This document shows positions 27,258-36,569 of a stretch of DNA of 64,000 nucleotides, in pieces. The notes under the pieces were generated by a model, which did not search any database, was not told the origin of the DNA, and worked only from the letters and a program-made list of their open reading frames with translations. Made by a program: the position numbers and the translations under genes. Source of the stretch: an uncultured Calditrichaceae bacterium (GTDB lineage Bacteria; Calditrichota; Calditrichia; RBG-13-44-9); the NCBI GenBank assembly GCA_964495805.1, contig CAZBWV010000038.1:14676-78675 (forward strand), written 5' to 3'. Positions within the stretch are counted from its first letter, which is position 1; every line of letters starts with the position of its first letter.

Positions 27258-28493
27258 ATGGTCGCGAATCGATTGCGAATCATTGGACTGATTTTTCTAC
27301 TGATTGTGGGTTTAAGTTCCTGTACCGAAAATCCGGTGGATCTGGAGCGACCTTTGTACGATTCCAAGATACTGGGAGCTTTGCAGGATACCATTCTCTA
27401 TCCCCTTCGGGATACCACCTACGTGCTGGGAACCCGCTACAACACGCAATTTGGCACTCAATTGTTGTTGGGAAAATATAACGGGCTGGAAGCACGTCCC
27501 ATCATTCGGTTTACCAATTTACCCCAAAATGCGCAATTCAGTCAGATTACGGTACGATTTGTCACCAAAGGGGTGATGAAGGACGATACCGCTCAGCCAT
27601 TTACTGTTACCGCCTATCCCATCTTAAATGCCTGGGAAAATAACCTGGATTCGGTCTGGGACGATTACACTCAGAACTTCGATGCCACACGACCGTTTGG
27701 GGAAATGGAAGTAACCACTTCGGGCTCCGATACGTTGTTCATGCAGTTAAATGATTCGGCACTGGTTCAGTTTACCGCCTGGGCAGATTCCGCCGCCCTG
27801 CAGGAGAATGTTAATCACGGTATCATTCTGGATTTTTCCGAAGCCAATTTCCTGAAAGCATTTCAGAGCATTAACATCGGAAACGATCCGGCTATTCTGT
27901 GCACCTATCAGGTTCGCGGAGACACCACCGTCCAGCAGGATACCATCTCTGCCACGTTCGATGCATTTCTGTACCGGGGAGAAGGTCCACCGGTGGAAAA
28001 CGACAACATGGTGAGTTCGCTTATTGCCTACGTGTCCTTGCTTCAGTTCGACATCAAAGGATTCTACCGGAAATATCCCGACGGTGTAATTTTCGTCTCC
28101 GCCAATCTGGAAATACCTTTTATTCAGGAGAAAACCCAGCTGGATCATTCCTTTGGCAACACCCTTCGGATTAATCGGGTGCTCAGTGAATTCGATAGCA
28201 GTCACGTGAAGCTGGATTCCTCTTACAACGCCTCGGTCAACTTTACTCATCTCACCGAGGATAGCTCTTACCGACAGGTCCGCCCCGGGGACGACCGACG
28301 CATCTTCGCCTCGTCCATATTGCAAAAAGAGTTAGAAGACTCCCAGGCTCAGAACACGCTGGCCATTGTATTTGGCAATCTGGTAAATCATTACTCCTTT
28401 TTCAGTTTTCATAAACGGCAGGTGGGAAACCCCGCTTTTCTGCCACGTTTACGCATTATTTACTGGATTCCGCCGGGCTCACGGTTTAATTAA
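27258..28493 (+). CDS. Outer-membrane lipoprotein of unknown function (DUF4270-like)
   Basis: Lipobox GLSSC; beta-rich; LLLGKY; C-terminal LPRLRIIY. Start could be 27225. Confidence 0.6.
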   Translation: MVANRLRIIGLIFLLIVGLSSCTENPVDLERPLYDSKILGALQDTILYPLRDTTYVLGTRYNTQFGTQLLLGKYNGLEARPIIRFTNLPQNAQFSQITVRFVTKGVMKDDTAQPFTVTAYPILNAWENNLDSVWDDYTQNFDATRPFGEMEVTTSGSDTLFMQLNDSALVQFTAWADSAALQENVNHGIILDFSEANFLKAFQSINIGNDPAILCTYQVRGDTTVQQDTISATFDAFLYRGEGPPVENDNMVSSLIAYVSLLQFDIKGFYRKYPDGVIFVSANLEIPFIQEKTQLDHSFGNTLRINRVLSEFDSSHVKLDSSYNASVNFTHLTEDSSYRQVRPGDDRRIFASSILQKELEDSQAQNTLAIVFGNLVNHYSFFSFHKRQVGNPAFLPRLRIIYWIPPGSRFN

Positions 28494-28505
28494 GCTGGAA
28501 TCGAT

Positions 28506-29708
28506 ATGAAAAAAATGGTTTACATTGCATTGTTCCTTCTGCTGCTGGGTTCTCAGGCCATGGCTGCCTCTTTCTTTTCCAGCACCAACAATAGTCTGGG
28601 ACTGAGAACCTATATGACCACCGTGCGAGGCATGGGAATGGGGAATACCGGGTTGGCTTCGCTCGATCCGTTTTCGGTCAACCCTTACAACACCTCCACA
28701 TGGCTGGGTATCAACGAAACCCGGGTCAGCATCCTGATGAAGTACAATGTAAACCAGATCGACTTTGGCTGGCAAACAGTTTTAACCCATACAGCCAACT
28801 TTAGCGGACTCCAACTGGCCATCCCACTGCAACGCCATAAATGGGTATTTGGATTCGGACTCACCCCGTACACTATGGTCAATTTTAGCTACACTCAGAA
28901 AATCGACACCGACTCCCGAACGTTAAATGAATACATCTACAACAAAGGGAATATCAGTCGTGCTCAGTTTTCTCTTTCTTATTCACCCGAGAAAAGAGTT
29001 GGCCTGGGATTTAATTTTTATTACTTTTTTGGAACGATAAATGACGATTACAACTTGAGTTTTGACGACAACGAATTTTACGATGCATTTTACGAACTGG
29101 AATATCGCTTTCATGGACCTTCGGTCGGATTTAATGCTTTTTTGAATCCGGTGGATTCCCTGACACTGGGTGGTTTTCTGGACTTAAAACCCCGATTGCG
29201 GTTCAGTGTGGTGTACCGCTCGCAGCTAACCGAAGCTCAGGAGAAGTACTCCACCCATAGCACTATTCCCGTGCAATGGGGTGTGGGAGCCAGTTACACC
29301 ATGGCCAAACAATGGACCATCAGTGCCGATTACTCTTTCCAGCAATGGTCAGAGGGTTTTGAAATTACGGATGAAAAGTTAAAATTTTTAGAGGACTGGT
29401 TTAACGTGGGATTGGGCGTGGAACATTCTCATGCTCCAAGAAAAAGCAAAAGTATTTTTCAGAAAATTGACCTGCGAGCAGGCGTTTCGTACACCCAGAT
29501 TGGTTACCAGTTCAATCAAAATTCAGTGAAGGAATATGGGATTCATGCCGGAGTGGGAATCCCGTTCGCTCACCGCACCGGGCGAGTGGATGTGGCTTTT
29601 GTTGTGGGTAGAAGAGGGGAAGGAACCTCAACCGTTGCTCAGGAAACGTTTTTCCGTACACTCATTTCGGTATCGGCGGGTGAACTTTGGTTTCAGAAAT
29701 TACGTTAA
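28506..29708 (+). CDS. Outer-membrane beta-barrel (FadL/OmpP1-like)
   Basis: Signal peptide, RGMGMGNTG, NPYN, alternating amphipathic strands, C-terminal ELWF. Confidence 0.75.
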   Translation: MKKMVYIALFLLLLGSQAMAASFFSSTNNSLGLRTYMTTVRGMGMGNTGLASLDPFSVNPYNTSTWLGINETRVSILMKYNVNQIDFGWQTVLTHTANFSGLQLAIPLQRHKWVFGFGLTPYTMVNFSYTQKIDTDSRTLNEYIYNKGNISRAQFSLSYSPEKRVGLGFNFYYFFGTINDDYNLSFDDNEFYDAFYELEYRFHGPSVGFNAFLNPVDSLTLGGFLDLKPRLRFSVVYRSQLTEAQEKYSTHSTIPVQWGVGASYTMAKQWTISADYSFQQWSEGFEITDEKLKFLEDWFNVGLGVEHSHAPRKSKSIFQKIDLRAGVSYTQIGYQFNQNSVKEYGIHAGVGIPFAHRTGRVDVAFVVGRRGEGTSTVAQETFFRTLISVSAGELWFQKLR

Positions 29709-29762
29709 AGATTAAACATAATGATTAATTCCTCAACGGGAGAAAAGAAAAGGAGGAATGCT

Positions 29763-31049
29763 GTGAAAACCAAACGGTCGAATTTCGGATTGCTAATGGT
29801 CCTGATACTGGGATTGCTGCTTACGGTTCAGCTGAATAGTTATGCTCAGATGGACGAGCTGGAAGATCTGGAAGTAGCCCAGGATTCCGTGAAATGCCAA
29901 CCGGACAGTTTTACCACCGTGTACGACAAATTCAAATCGGATTCTCTGGATCCGCAACAGCTGGGAATATGGTACAGTCTGGCACGCGAAGAGTACAAAT
30001 ATAAAAACTACAAACGCGCCATTCCTTATTTCTGGAAGATTCTGGTCAACGATACCACGGGCAAATTTAAAGTGGTGTACTCCAAATTAGCCGATTGCTA
30101 CTACAACCTGAACTTCCCGGACAGTGTGTTACTGGTGGCATACCGGGGTCTGGCCAAATATCCCAACAACACCCGACTCCACTATTGGGCCGGATATGTA
30201 CACGACCGCCTGGGACAGATTGCCTGTGCGGTGCCGCACTACGAAGCACTGGTGAAAGCGGTCCCCAACCAGAAATCCTACTGGGTGAAACTGGCGTACC
30301 TGTACTATCAACTGGAGGACCCCAAAGCCATTGAAGCCCAGCAAAAAGTGGTGGAGCTGGATCCCCAGGATGTGGATGCTTCCCGGCTGCTGGCGGAAAT
30401 TATGTCCCACTTTGGGGAAGACCCCATTCAGGCGCTGAAATCGACATTCGAAAAAGATACCACTATTGTGGATAATGCCATGCGCTACGGGAAGGCAGCT
30501 TACGAAGCGGGACTTTACCAGGATGCCATCCGACCTTTTTTGGCCGTGCTAAAAAAGGAGCCCAAAAACACCGTGGCGCTGGAATATGTGGGACGCTGCT
30601 ACGAGGGGCTAAACAAACTGACCACCGCACTGAAATACTACAAAAAAATTCTGGAAATTGAACCGAAGAATGTCAAGGTGATGTGCCTGATCGCCTCTGT
30701 GTACGGACGTTTAAACGACTTTGTCACCGCACGCCGGTACGTGCGCAAAGCTCAGCGCATCGATCCCGGAAACGGTTTACCCCATCTGATTATGGCTGAA
30801 ATTTACGAAAACGCTATTCAATACTGCTCGGACAAACGGGGGAACAACAAATTGACCTACGACGATAAGCTGGTTTATCTGATGGAACAAAAGGAATTAA
30901 AGAAAGCCAGCAAAGATCCCAATTATGCATCCGACGCCAAACGTCGAATCAAACAATTGGAAACTCTGGTTCCTACCAAAGAAGACTTATTTATGCATAA
31001 AAATCGACTGACCCCGAAAGAAAAATGTTACCAGTGGATCAACCAATAA
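29763..31049 (+). CDS. Exported tetratricopeptide-repeat protein
   Basis: GTG start after AGGAGG; signal peptide; several TPR-like units (YKRAIPYFWK, YQDAIRPF, ALKYYKKILEIEP). Confidence 0.8.
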   Translation: MKTKRSNFGLLMVLILGLLLTVQLNSYAQMDELEDLEVAQDSVKCQPDSFTTVYDKFKSDSLDPQQLGIWYSLAREEYKYKNYKRAIPYFWKILVNDTTGKFKVVYSKLADCYYNLNFPDSVLLVAYRGLAKYPNNTRLHYWAGYVHDRLGQIACAVPHYEALVKAVPNQKSYWVKLAYLYYQLEDPKAIEAQQKVVELDPQDVDASRLLAEIMSHFGEDPIQALKSTFEKDTTIVDNAMRYGKAAYEAGLYQDAIRPFLAVLKKEPKNTVALEYVGRCYEGLNKLTTALKYYKKILEIEPKNVKVMCLIASVYGRLNDFVTARRYVRKAQRIDPGNGLPHLIMAEIYENAIQYCSDKRGNNKLTYDDKLVYLMEQKELKKASKDPNYASDAKRRIKQLETLVPTKEDLFMHKNRLTPKEKCYQWINQ

Positions 31050-31101
31050 ATTGGGGATCATGGTGAAATTCCGAGAACAACCAATGCACTCACTTGAATT
31101 G

Positions 31102-31140
31102 AAATTGCCGCGGGTTTTCCAATCTGCGGCAATTTTTATT
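31102..31140 (+). terminator. Rho-independent terminator after the TPR operon
   Basis: aaattgccgc / gcggcaattt stem followed by a T-rich tail. Confidence 0.6.
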
Positions 31141-31187
31141 TAACCACCAAATACCCGGACAACTAATTTTATCTAAACGGAGGAATT

Positions 31188-32495
31188 ATGCTGGAATACA
31201 TTAAACAAACCGATCCCGAAATTTTCGAAGCCATTAAGGGCGAGGTAAATCGGGAGAACAACACCCTGGAACTGATTGCCTCGGAGAATTTTGTGAGCAA
31301 AGCGGTTCTGCAAACCGCCGGCAGCGTGATGACCAACAAATACGCCGAAGGATATCCTGGCAAGCGCTATTATGGCGGATGCGAATGGGTAGATGTGGCG
31401 GAGAATCTGGCTCGCGAACGTGCCAAACAGCTGTTCGGCGCCGAATATGCCAATGTCCAGCCGCATTCCGGTACCCAGGCAAATATGGCCGTTTATTTCA
31501 CGTTTTGCAAACCGGGCGATACGGTCATGGGAATGAATCTGGCGCACGGGGGACATCTCTCTCACGGTAGTCCGGTAAACTTCTCCGGTAAAATGTACAA
31601 CATTGTCTCCTATGGCGTGAAGCGGGAAACCGGTTACATCGATATTGACGATGCCTGGAAAAAAGCTCGCGAACACAAACCGCGCATGATTATTGTAGGT
31701 GCCAGCGCGTACAGCCGATTCTATCCGTTTGAGGAATTCCGGGAAATTGCCAACGAGGTGGGTGCTATTCTGATGGCTGATATTGCCCATCCTGCGGGTC
31801 TGGTGGCAGCAGGCATCCATCCCAGTCCCATACCTATTTGTGATGTAGTGACCACCACCACTCACAAGACCCTGCGCGGACCGCGCGGAGGTATGATTCT
31901 AATTGGTAAGGACCGGGAAAACGACATGGGCATTGTGGCACCCAAATCCGGTCGGGTGAAAATGATTTCGGAAATCATCGACAGCAATGTAATGCCCGGT
32001 ATGCAGGGCGGACCGCTCATGCACATTATTGCCGCTAAAGCGGTGGCTTTCAAAGAAGCACTGCAACCGGATTTCAAACTGTATGCCGAGCAGATTGTTA
32101 AAAACGCCAAAGCGCTGGCCAATGAACTCATTGAACTGGGCTACGATATTGTCAGCGGTGGTACGGACAACCACGTCATGTTAGTGGATCTGACACGCAC
32201 CGGAATAACCGGACGGGATGCCGAGAACGCCCTGCACGAAGCGGGTATTACGGTTAATAAAAACATGGTACCTTTTGATGAGCGCAGCCCGTTTGTCACC
32301 AGTGGTATTCGGCTGGGTACCCCCGCACTGACTACCCGTGGTTTCAAAGAAGATGAAATGAAACGAGTTGCTCATCTCATCGACCGGGTGCTGAAAAACA
32401 TGGGCAACGAAGAAATCTACCGGCAGGTTCGCAGCGAAGTGCAGGAGATGTGTGACGCTTTTCCGTTGTACGATTTCGGGAAAGAGCTGGAATAA
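31188..32495 (+). CDS. glyA: Serine hydroxymethyltransferase
   Basis: [47 protein letters not shown]. Confidence 0.98.
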   Translation: MLEYIKQTDPEIFEAIKGEVNRENNTLELIASENFVSKAVLQTAGSVMTNKYAEGYPGKRYYGGCEWVDVAENLARERAKQLFGAEYANVQPHSGTQANMAVYFTFCKPGDTVMGMNLAHGGHLSHGSPVNFSGKMYNIVSYGVKRETGYIDIDDAWKKAREHKPRMIIVGASAYSRFYPFEEFREIANEVGAILMADIAHPAGLVAAGIHPSPIPICDVVTTTTHKTLRGPRGGMILIGKDRENDMGIVAPKSGRVKMISEIIDSNVMPGMQGGPLMHIIAAKAVAFKEALQPDFKLYAEQIVKNAKALANELIELGYDIVSGGTDNHVMLVDLTRTGITGRDAENALHEAGITVNKNMVPFDERSPFVTSGIRLGTPALTTRGFKEDEMKRVAHLIDRVLKNMGNEEIYRQVRSEVQEMCDAFPLYDFGKELE

Positions 32496-32518
32496 TTTTA
32501 AGGACATACCATTTAAAA

Positions 32519-32552
32519 AACGCACGGCGGCCATCTCGGCTCACCGTGCGTT
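32519..32552. terminator. Hairpin between the convergent glyA and lipoprotein genes
   Basis: aacgcacgg / ccgtgcgtt 9-bp stem. Confidence 0.55.
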
Positions 32553-32580
32553 TATTCACCCCAGGTAAATTTTATCTATC

Positions 32581-33423
32581 TTAAAAGATAGTGGACAAAT
32601 GAACCTTCTTTTTCAATGGTCCCACCGAAATTTCGGCGATATCATCGCAATCACCATTTTCCGGATAGAAATCCACTTTGGCGGTGTAATCGGTCCCAGC
32701 AATTTCGATGACACCCCGTACAGGATACTGGCATCCGGCATAGAACAGTAACGGATCGGTAATCTGAAAGCTGTATTTCGAACCATCCGGAGTGACCACG
32801 GTACCCTGCCCGGTTACCGTGTAAGAATCATCGGTAGGATCGCCGGGCGTGCCATTCATATCCACCGTAATTTTCAGATTAGCATTGACCGTTACAGTGG
32901 AGTCGCCGCAGGTTATGGTGCCATTGGTGATAGCCACTTCGGCATACTGCATGGTCATCACATAGGTCATGCTCCCGCCAATGGTGCAGTTTACAGTGGT
33001 AAAGTTATTGAAGGTAACAGCAAACTGTAACGTCTGATTATTCAGGCTGCCATTCATTACAATGCTACCGCTATGGTTAATACCAGCCGGTCCGGTGCAG
33101 CCTTCTCCATAATCGATGGTCAATTGTTTCTGCAGCATATTCCAGATAATCGCCGGGCAGCCATCATACAGGGTGGTATCGCCAATTCCCAGTGCTTTGG
33201 CAAAACTCCCGCCGGTGTTAGCTGCCATGGTAGCCGCAGAAGCAGTGGAGGTGGCCGTTTCCATATACACGACTGAATATTCCGCAGCCGCAGCCGCTTC
33301 CTGGACGTACTGCTCATTTAAATCCGGTTCACTGCTGGTGGAATCCTTGGAACAGGAGAACAAAGCAACCAGTGACATCACAACCAAAACCAGAACAACA
33401 TTACGGAACTTAAACCAATTCAT
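32581..33423 (-). CDS. Hypothetical beta-rich lipoprotein
   Basis: Lipobox LFSC; Thr/Gly-rich beta strands with Cys pairs; AAGGAGG RBS. Confidence 0.75.
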   Translation of the reverse strand: MNWFKFRNVVLVLVVMSLVALFSCSKDSTSSEPDLNEQYVQEAAAAAEYSVVYMETATSTASAATMAANTGGSFAKALGIGDTTLYDGCPAIIWNMLQKQLTIDYGEGCTGPAGINHSGSIVMNGSLNNQTLQFAVTFNNFTTVNCTIGGSMTYVMTMQYAEVAITNGTITCGDSTVTVNANLKITVDMNGTPGDPTDDSYTVTGQGTVVTPDGSKYSFQITDPLLFYAGCQYPVRGVIEIAGTDYTAKVDFYPENGDCDDIAEISVGPLKKKVHLSTIF

Positions 33424-33631
33424 CGAAAAACCTCCTTAAATTAATTTGTTAAGTGATTAATGAATTAAAATAGTTTTAAACCTCAGCGAAGAGTTGCTGC
33501 CACCATCCCTGCGACGTTCATGTTGAATGATTGGCTCAAGGGAGAGGGGCGGGCAACTTTGACCTCCGATTTTTTAGACCAACACGTACCTTGCCGTGCT
33601 CGGGGGATAATATAAAAAATCCCGAAAGTCC

Positions 33632-33653
33632 AAGTGTTGCGAAAGTGTTGCGA
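33632..33653. promoter_or_regulatory. Perfect 11-bp tandem direct repeat (candidate OmpR/PhoB-family operator)
   Basis: aagtgttgcga twice, in the divergent region ahead of an OmpR-family regulator; variant aagtttgcga at 33693-33702. Confidence 0.55.
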
Positions 33654-33788
33654 TTTCTTAACGATATTCTGGATTTGAAAAAAGGAGTACGCAAGTTTGC
33701 GAAAAAATATTTATTTTGTAAACGAAGGGTCGATGAACAGTAAAGGTAACCCGTTGTTTTATCAGAAGAAAGGAGCAGAATCAAGGGG

Positions 33789-34514
33789 ATGAATTCACAA
33801 AGATCCACAGATGAAAAACAAAAAATTATTCTGTTAGTAGAGGATGAGGTGGGGATTGCTCAGACCATTTCCGTACAGCTTCAGTTAGTGGGTTACCGGG
33901 TGTACCACGTTCTGGACGGACATTCGGCTTTGAATTCCCCTTATTTAACCAGTTGCGATGTGATTATTCTGGATTGGATGCTTCCGGATAGTGAAGGTCC
34001 GGAACTGATTCCACAACTTCGTCGCCACACCATGGCACCTATCCTGATCCTCACGGCTCGCTCCGAAATTGTGGATAAACTCACTGGCTTTGAATCCGGC
34101 GCAGACGATTACCTGACCAAACCATTTGAAATGATGGAACTGATTGCCCGCATCAAAGCGCTGATTCGGCGAAAAGAAATGCATCGGCTTGCTGGCAACG
34201 ATTCTCAGAACATTATTGAATACGGCGACATTTCATTTAATCCGGAGACCCGTCAGGTGCGTGTGCGAGGCAATCCCATCAAACTTACTCCCACGGAATT
34301 CCGGTTGCTGGAAATTTTAATTCAATCCCCCGGCCGGGTTTTTTCCCGCGATGAATTGATTGAGCTGGTGCTGGGCTACGAATACGAGGGATACGGCCGC
34401 ACACTGGATTCCCATATCGCCCGACTGCGGGCAAAAATTGAAAACGATCCCGGTTCACCCCAATACATTAAAACCATTTTCGGAGTCGGTTACAAGTTGG
34501 GGGATTCGGAATGA
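33789..34514 (+). CDS. OmpR/PhoB-family response regulator
   Basis: LLVEDE, ILDWMLP, GADDYLTKPF, LTPTEFRLL, TIFGVGY. Confidence 0.95.
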   Translation: MNSQRSTDEKQKIILLVEDEVGIAQTISVQLQLVGYRVYHVLDGHSALNSPYLTSCDVIILDWMLPDSEGPELIPQLRRHTMAPILILTARSEIVDKLTGFESGADDYLTKPFEMMELIARIKALIRRKEMHRLAGNDSQNIIEYGDISFNPETRQVRVRGNPIKLTPTEFRLLEILIQSPGRVFSRDELIELVLGYEYEGYGRTLDSHIARLRAKIENDPGSPQYIKTIFGVGYKLGDSE

Positions 34515-35923
34515 TTATTCGCTCCTTCTACACTAAAGTTATCCTGACACTGAGTGGCGTTTTCCTTACTCTGTTCTTGGTGCAAGGATTATCGATCTCA
34601 TTGATCTTTCGCGGAACAGTGGTAGATGTATTAAAACATGCCGAAGAAGGACGTTTTATCAGCATATTAAACGAAATCAATCGCATCGAATTTCGTACGC
34701 ATTCCCGTAAGAAGATTCAGGAGTTCATTCACCATCTGTATCTGGAGGGTCAGATTGATGTGTACGATTCCACGGGCGTCTGGAGCATCGGCAACCAGCT
34801 ATTTTTTCCGCCGGAACCCACTCTCTCCGGGGCAATTGATGCCGCCAACCAGCAATTCACCGGATTTTCCACGGTGTATTACTCTACCCTTCCTCATCCG
34901 GTTTTTCCGGCCATTCGAGTGACCTGGCGCTCACAGAAAAAACCCGTATTCTGGCAAGCCATTCTGGTACTGGCTGTCTCCGGTTTAATTACCCTATTAG
35001 TTACCTTTGCTGTGGGATACAAGCTTTCTTCTTCTCTGAATTTGCGGTTGATTCAACTGGAAAAAGGGGTAGCGCAGGTTGCCCGGGGAAACTTTCAGGT
35101 GGAACTGGAACTGCCCGGCAACGACGAAATCGCCGAATTGGGACGAAATTTCAACCGGATGGCCCGGCAAATCCGTGACCTGATCGATCAGTTAGAGGAA
35201 AGCAACGAAGCTCGCCAGCGACTGATTGCCCATGCTTCCCACGAAATCAAATCGCCGCTCACCTCCATCCAGGGGTTTGTGGATATTATCGAATACATGC
35301 AGCTGATTCCCGAGCAAGGGGAGCAATCCCGCACGGTACCTACCCGGGAGCTTCTGAACACCGTACGGAAGGATATCAAACGGGTTATTAAAATTGCCGA
35401 CGACTTAATTCAACTGGCCCGTTTGCAGGAAGCCAATTTCCATATCGAAAAAAAAGAGGTTTCGTTACGATCGGTACTGAAGGAGGAACACCGTTACTTT
35501 GTGCACAAAGCCAGAGAACACAACGCCACTGCTCTGCTCAAATTCTCCGGGCGTACACGTTATCGGATCGAAACGGACCCCATCCGGCTGGCGCAAATTC
35601 TGGACAATCTGTGGAGTAACGCTTTGAAGTACGGAGATCTCTCTCACCCCATTGTCACACGGGTGCACGAAGAAAACGGCTGGATTTCCATTACCGTAAG
35701 CAATTACCTGATCTATCCCTTAGAGGTGTCTCCTCACCAGTTGTTCGAACCATTTTACCGCGATCCGAAATTCTCCGAACATGTGAAGGGCTCGGGATTA
35801 GGGCTGGCTATTGTCCAGGAACTGGTAAACCGAATGGGGGGAAGAATTAAAAGTTGGACGGAAGAAAAGCAATTATTTATAGCTATTTACTTTCCCAAGC
35901 AGGTTAGCATAGAAAACGGATAA
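34511..35923 (+). CDS. HAMP-domain sensor histidine kinase
   Basis: Two TMs, HAMP (DEIAELGRNFNRMA), H-box ASHEIKSPLT, N-box NALKY, GSGLGLAI; ATGA overlap with the regulator. Confidence 0.93.
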   Translation: MIIRSFYTKVILTLSGVFLTLFLVQGLSISLIFRGTVVDVLKHAEEGRFISILNEINRIEFRTHSRKKIQEFIHHLYLEGQIDVYDSTGVWSIGNQLFFPPEPTLSGAIDAANQQFTGFSTVYYSTLPHPVFPAIRVTWRSQKKPVFWQAILVLAVSGLITLLVTFAVGYKLSSSLNLRLIQLEKGVAQVARGNFQVELELPGNDEIAELGRNFNRMARQIRDLIDQLEESNEARQRLIAHASHEIKSPLTSIQGFVDIIEYMQLIPEQGEQSRTVPTRELLNTVRKDIKRVIKIADDLIQLARLQEANFHIEKKEVSLRSVLKEEHRYFVHKAREHNATALLKFSGRTRYRIETDPIRLAQILDNLWSNALKYGDLSHPIVTRVHEENGWISITVSNYLIYPLEVSPHQLFEPFYRDPKFSEHVKGSGLGLAIVQELVNRMGGRIKSWTEEKQLFIAIYFPKQVSIENG

Positions 35924-35970
35924 TTAATATTCGCCCCCCGTCGGTCGTATGATTTTCTCAAGCTACCATA

Positions 35971-36414
35971 TTAATAGGGGGGAGATAAATTAACATCACC
36001 ACTCCTGTGTACTCTCCTTTGATGCACCAGATACTTTCCCAATTCTTTGTCGTCATCCATGATATGATTCAAAATCCATTGCACCAGTTTGTTTTGAATT
36101 TTTAACAGAACATCCATTCGAAAATTTTCTTTTTCCACTTTATCCAATAATTCGTCCAATTCTTTTTTAAAATACTTATGTTCGTTATAATGTTTTCGGA
36201 ACATCGGATATTTATACTTCACCATAAATGCATCCTCTACACCAAAATGGAAATAGGTATAGGTGCGGATAAATTTCAACGATTCTTCCAGTTCTTTATG
36301 ATTTTTAGAACGAATTGCTCTGGATAATTTGTTAAAGCTATCCACCAGGTTACGATGCTGCTCATCGATCTGTTCAATTCCGATTTCCATCGATTCATCC
36401 CAATAAATAGACAT
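35971..36414 (-). CDS. Bacteriohemerythrin
   Basis: W..S..IG...IDEQH, HFGVED, HYNEH, WILNHIMDDD. Confidence 0.92.
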   Translation of the reverse strand: MSIYWDESMEIGIEQIDEQHRNLVDSFNKLSRAIRSKNHKELEESLKFIRTYTYFHFGVEDAFMVKYKYPMFRKHYNEHKYFKKELDELLDKVEKENFRMDVLLKIQNKLVQWILNHIMDDDKELGKYLVHQRRVHRSGDVNLSPPY

Positions 36415-36569
36415 TTTACCTCCCTATCATTTTATGCCTTGGTATTATGTAATCATCGCAAATATTTTGCAAAAGATTAATTCCTTGCAGGGAAAAACGT
36501 TATACTGCCGAGAATTTAATTCTCGTCAATGTGCCATTATCTGCCAGAGAGGGAAAACGATGGATAGAT

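Noticed and set aside
31050-31187. ZTP (pfl) riboswitch expected upstream of glyA
   Set aside because: No GACUGG or GCCUGGGC-like elements; only a terminator-like hairpin.
35650-35780. Missing DxGxG G1 box in the histidine kinase (VSNYLIYPL)
   Set aside because: Asn-type, Gly-poor G1 boxes occur in many ordinary kinases, and the N, F and G2 boxes are intact.
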